From contig DDLT01000057.1 of the NCBI GenBank assembly GCA_002340265.1, positions 1-51,926 of the forward strand: a stretch of 51,926 nt of DNA. Reading direction: 5' to 3'. A program made the position numbers and the translations under genes. The stretch is from Lentisphaeria bacterium UBA2565. Its GTDB lineage: Bacteria; Verrucomicrobiota; Lentisphaeria; UBA2565. How positions within the stretch are numbered: position 1 is the first letter of the stretch; the number at the start of each line of letters is the position of its first letter. Below, one piece after another: positions 48,681-51,926 of this stretch. The notes under the pieces are model-generated. The model was not told the DNA's origin, made no database searches, and saw nothing but the letters and a program-made list of their open reading frames with translations.

Positions 48681-51600
48681 ATGAAGCGAATTGTATTTAT
48701 TGATACGGAAGTCGATTTTCAGGGTAAGGGGATTAATGACTTTGGAGCTGTTTCTTATGATGGTTTGCAGTTTCATAATAAATCCGCTGGTGAATTTGGA
48801 ACTTTTGTCAAAGATTTTGAATTTGTTTGCGGTCACAACGTTATTAATCATGATCTAAAGTTTATTAATCAGTTTACGAATTGTGACCTGAGTAATTTGA
48901 AGGCTATTGATACCCTGTTTTTGTCGCCGCTTTTATTTCCGATGTTGCCCTATCACAAACTTGTTAAAGATGACAAGCTACAATCTGAAGAGTTGAATAA
49001 TCCTTTGAATGATGCAATTAAGGCTCGTGATCTCTTTTATGATGAGGTTACTGCTTTTAAAGAACTTCCTGTGAAGTTGCAACAGATTTATTTGAGACTT
49101 TTGAACAGAGAAAGGTGTTTTGAGAACTTCTTTAAATTTATAGGTTTGAATTCTACTGATGAAAGTTTGGAGAGTGTTATTCATGAACAATTTAGAAAAA
49201 GCATTTGTCAAAAGGTTAACCTCAGCAGGTTAATTGATGAATCTCCAGTTGAATTAGCCTACTGCCTAGCTTTGATAAACTGTAATAGTCGTTATTCGGT
49301 GACTCCTCCCTGGGTGATAAAAAACTATCCTGATGTGGAGCGTGTTTTTTATTTATTGAGGAACAATCCCTGTTTATCTGGTTGTAGTTACTGTAATCAG
49401 GCTTTGGATGCGAAGGTTGGGTTGAAGAAGTTTTTTGGCTTTGATTCATATCGTAGTTATGGTGGTGAGGCACTACAGGAAAAGGCGGTAAATGCTGCAA
49501 TTGGCAATAAATCATTGGTTGCCGTTTTTCCTACTGGTGGTGGCAAATCAATCACTTTTCAGGTTCCTGCTTTGATGAGCGGGATAAATGTGAAAGGTTT
49601 AACTGTTGTTATCTCGCCTCTTCAGTCACTGATGAAAGATCAGGTTGATAACCTTGAGAGTTCTAACATAACTGATGCGGTAACGATTAATGGCTTGCTA
49701 GATCCCATCGCAAGGCAGAAATCTTTTGAAAGGGTACAGAATGGTTCTGCTACGCTTTTGTATATCTCTCCGGAATCTTTACGCTCGAAATCTATTGAAC
49801 ATCTTCTTCTTGGTCGTAATGTGGTTCGTTTTGTTATTGACGAAGCACACTGCTTTTCATCATGGGGACAGGACTTTCGTGTGGATTACCTTTACATTGG
49901 CGATTTTATAAAATCTTTGCAAGAAAAAAAGTGTCTTGATCGCCCAATTCCAGTTTCATGTTTTACAGCAACAGCCAAGCAGAATGTTATTGAGGATATT
50001 AAAAATTATTTTAAAACGAAACTTAACCTACAACTTGAGACATTTAGTGCTAAGGCGTCGCGTACGAATCTCACTTATAAGGTAATTCCTCAAGAGAGTG
50101 AGGAAGGTAAATACAATAAATTGCGACATTTAATTGATGGTAAGAAATGTCCAACAATTGTTTATGTGTCTAGAACAAAACGAGCATGGGAGATTGCTGA
50201 CAGACTTTCTAGTGATGGTTATGCCGCTAAACCGTATCACGGAAAAATGGAGAAGCAGGAGAAATCGGATAATCAAGATGCGTTTATTCGTGGAGATGTT
50301 GACATTATGGTGGCGACTTCTGCTTTTGGTATGGGGGTGGATAAGAAAGATGTGGGAATGGTTATCCATTATGAACTTTCCGATTCTCTAGAAAACTATG
50401 TGCAGGAGGCCGGACGAGCTGGTCGAGATGAAAATATTACTGCTGATTGTTATGCCCTGTTTAATGAGGAAGATTTGGATAAACACTTTATTCTTCTTAA
50501 TCAGACTAAACTTCATATTAAGGAGATTCAGCAGGTTTGGCGAGCAATTAAGAGTATTACTAAGTTTAGGTCGAAAGTCTCTAATTCAGCATTGGAGATT
50601 GCTAGAGAAGCTGGTTGGGATGGCAGTGTTGTGGAAATTGAAACACGGGTCACTACCGCCATTTCGGCATTGGAGGAGGCTGGCTATTTAAAGCGTGGTC
50701 AAAATATGCCTCGTATTTTTGCTAATAGTATTTTGACTAAGAATGCAATGGAGGCAATCGAGAAGATAAATAGTTCTGAGCGCTTTAATCAATCACAGAA
50801 AGTGAATGCTACTCGTATTATCAAAAAACTGTTTTCGACCAAAAGCAGAAAACAGGCCACTGATGAGGTTGCCGAGTCGAGAGTAGATTATATCTCTGAT
50901 CATCTTGGGATTGTGAAAGAAGATGTAATCAGTGCAATCAACTTGATGCGGGAAGAGCAGATTTTAGCGGATACAAAAGATTTGACGGCATTTATTAAAC
51001 GTGGGGAACAGAAGAATCGGTCTCTAAATATCGTCAAATCTGTTAGTAAATTAGAACGGTTTTTGCTTAGTAAGTTTGATGAACAGGAGAAGACATTTCA
51101 TATCAAAGAACTTAATGAGTCAGCAGAAGAGTTTGGTTGCAAAGGTGTGACTCCCAAAAGATTAATTACTGTAATTAACTTTTGGGTAATAAAGCAGTTG
51201 ATTAAGCGGAAAACTCATAAGTCTAAGAATCATTTTACGATTTTGGCGAACTACTCTCGAGATGAATTGAAGGTTAAGCTCGAAGCACGTTATACACTTT
51301 CTATTTTTATTGTTAACTATCTTTTTGAAAAAAGTAGTGAAGGTTTAACCAGAAAAGAGTTGAAAGCTGATATGGTTCTTGTTGAGTTTTCTGTACATGA
51401 ATTGAAGGATGAATTTGAGAGACAGAACACTTTGTTGAATTTAAAAACTACAATTGCTGAAATTGAGGATGCACTGTTCTACCTTTCCCGAATTGGGTCG
51501 ATTAAGATTGAGGGTGGCTTTCTTGTTGTATATAACAAGTTGACTATAGAACGATTAGAGAAAGACAGTAGAATTAACTATAAAAATGATGACTATAAGA

Positions 51601-51926
51601 CCTTGAAACGCTTTTATGAAAACAGAATGCAGCAGATTCATATTGTTGGTGAATATGCTAAAAAAATGATTAGCGACTATAAAGAGGCACTGCAGTTTGT
51701 CGAGGACTATTTTCAGTTGAATTACAGCTCGTTCTTGAATAAATATTTTAAAGGGAGCCGAATGAGTGAGATTAAACGGAATGTAACTCCGGCAAAATTT
51801 CGTCAACTGTTTGGCGAACTGTCACCTTCTCAGTTATCGATAATTAACGATCGGTCTCAGTATATTGCAGTAGCAGCGGGGCCAGGTAGCGGTAAAACAA
51901 GAGTATTAGTTCATAAATTGGCATCG
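48681..51926 (+). CDS. Giant helicase, 3'-truncated by the window edge: DnaQ-like exonuclease-like N-terminus, RecQ-family core, linker, then the start of a UvrD/PcrA-type helicase domain
   Basis: Frame 3 is open from ATG 48681 (in-frame stop at 48672) to the window end, and is absent from the ORF track. Motifs: IDTEVD and GHNVINHDLKF; FPTGGGKS (about 49527); DEAH (49839-49850); TATA; VATSAFGMGVDKKDV; QEAGRAGRDE; AAGPGSGKT (51873-51899). Confidence 0.85.
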   Translation, partial: MKRIVFIDTEVDFQGKGINDFGAVSYDGLQFHNKSAGEFGTFVKDFEFVCGHNVINHDLKFINQFTNCDLSNLKAIDTLFLSPLLFPMLPYHKLVKDDKLQSEELNNPLNDAIKARDLFYDEVTAFKELPVKLQQIYLRLLNRERCFENFFKFIGLNSTDESLESVIHEQFRKSICQKVNLSRLIDESPVELAYCLALINCNSRYSVTPPWVIKNYPDVERVFYLLRNNPCLSGCSYCNQALDAKVGLKKFFGFDSYRSYGGEALQEKAVNAAIGNKSLVAVFPTGGGKSITFQVPALMSGINVKGLTVVISPLQSLMKDQVDNLESSNITDAVTINGLLDPIARQKSFERVQNGSATLLYISPESLRSKSIEHLLLGRNVVRFVIDEAHCFSSWGQDFRVDYLYIGDFIKSLQEKKCLDRPIPVSCFTATAKQNVIEDIKNYFKTKLNLQLETFSAKASRTNLTYKVIPQESEEGKYNKLRHLIDGKKCPTIVYVSRTKRAWEIADRLSSDGYAAKPYHGKMEKQEKSDNQDAFIRGDVDIMVATSAFGMGVDKKDVGMVIHYELSDSLENYVQEAGRAGRDENITADCYALFNEEDLDKHFILLNQTKLHIKEIQQVWRAIKSITKFRSKVSNSALEIAREAGWDGSVVEIETRVTTAISALEEAGYLKRGQNMPRIFANSILTKNAMEAIEKINSSERFNQSQKVNATRIIKKLFSTKSRKQATDEVAESRVDYISDHLGIVKEDVISAINLMREEQILADTKDLTAFIKRGEQKNRSLNIVKSVSKLERFLLSKFDEQEKTFHIKELNESAEEFGCKGVTPKRLITVINFWVIKQLIKRKTHKSKNHFTILANYSRDELKVKLEARYTLSIFIVNYLFEKSSEGLTRKELKADMVLVEFSVHELKDEFERQNTLLNLKTTIAEIEDALFYLSRIGSIKIEGGFLVVYNKLTIERLEKDSRINYKNDDYKTLKRFYENRMQQIHIVGEYAKKMISDYKEALQFVEDYFQLNYSSFLNKYFKGSRMSEIKRNVTPAKFRQLFGELSPSQLSIINDRSQYIAVAAGPGSGKTRVLVHKLAS

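Overview
This is an AT-rich bacterial chromosomal window. The gene content looks like a Gram-negative of the PVC or Lentisphaerae type, but I cannot verify the taxon. There are no rRNA genes, tRNA genes, CRISPR arrays, integrases or transposases.

**Housekeeping backbone**
- metY (5'-truncated by the window edge)
- a soluble acyl-ACP desaturase
- leuC and leuD
- gyrB and gyrA
- a RhuM / methyltransferase / arfB operon
- a WecA-family glycosyltransferase fusion
- a DUF2851 gene
- an ftsB-parE-parC-mcsA-mcsB cluster

**Accessory content**
- 1.2-7.6 kb: a block of exported or membrane proteins of unknown function. It holds a helical-repeat protein, an aromatic-Pro repeat lipoprotein, two tandem zinc-ribbon membrane paralogues and a DUF1294 protein.
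- 21.2-37.0 kb: a duplicated module of transmembrane Ser/Thr kinase, divergent ECF sigma factor and giant secreted LamG-type protein. The three secreted proteins share a roughly 210-aa C-terminal domain and a structured 3' UTR.

**Observations most worth a second look**
1. A gene of more than 1080 codons runs off the 3' edge (48681..51926). It is absent from the supplied ORF track and fuses an exonuclease-like domain, a RecQ core and the start of a UvrD-type helicase.
2. Degenerate low-complexity tracts, mostly with a 7-nt period, fill many intergenic spacers. They often occur as imperfect inverted pairs that bracket single genes: the four-helix-bundle (23S-IVS family) gene wedged between gyrB and gyrA, leuD, and one ECF sigma gene.
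3. A cassette of about 477 bp carrying a GxxExxY (PD-(D/E)XK-like) gene sits in the loop of a terminator hairpin. It has a 15-bp direct duplication and 31-nt imperfect terminal inverted repeats.
4. Three genes are disrupted by four lesions. Three are in-frame stops (one falls on the signature Glu of the GxxExxY motif, one on a conserved LamG Trp codon). The fourth is a 1-nt frameshift.

All functional calls come from motif recognition by eye. No database search was run.
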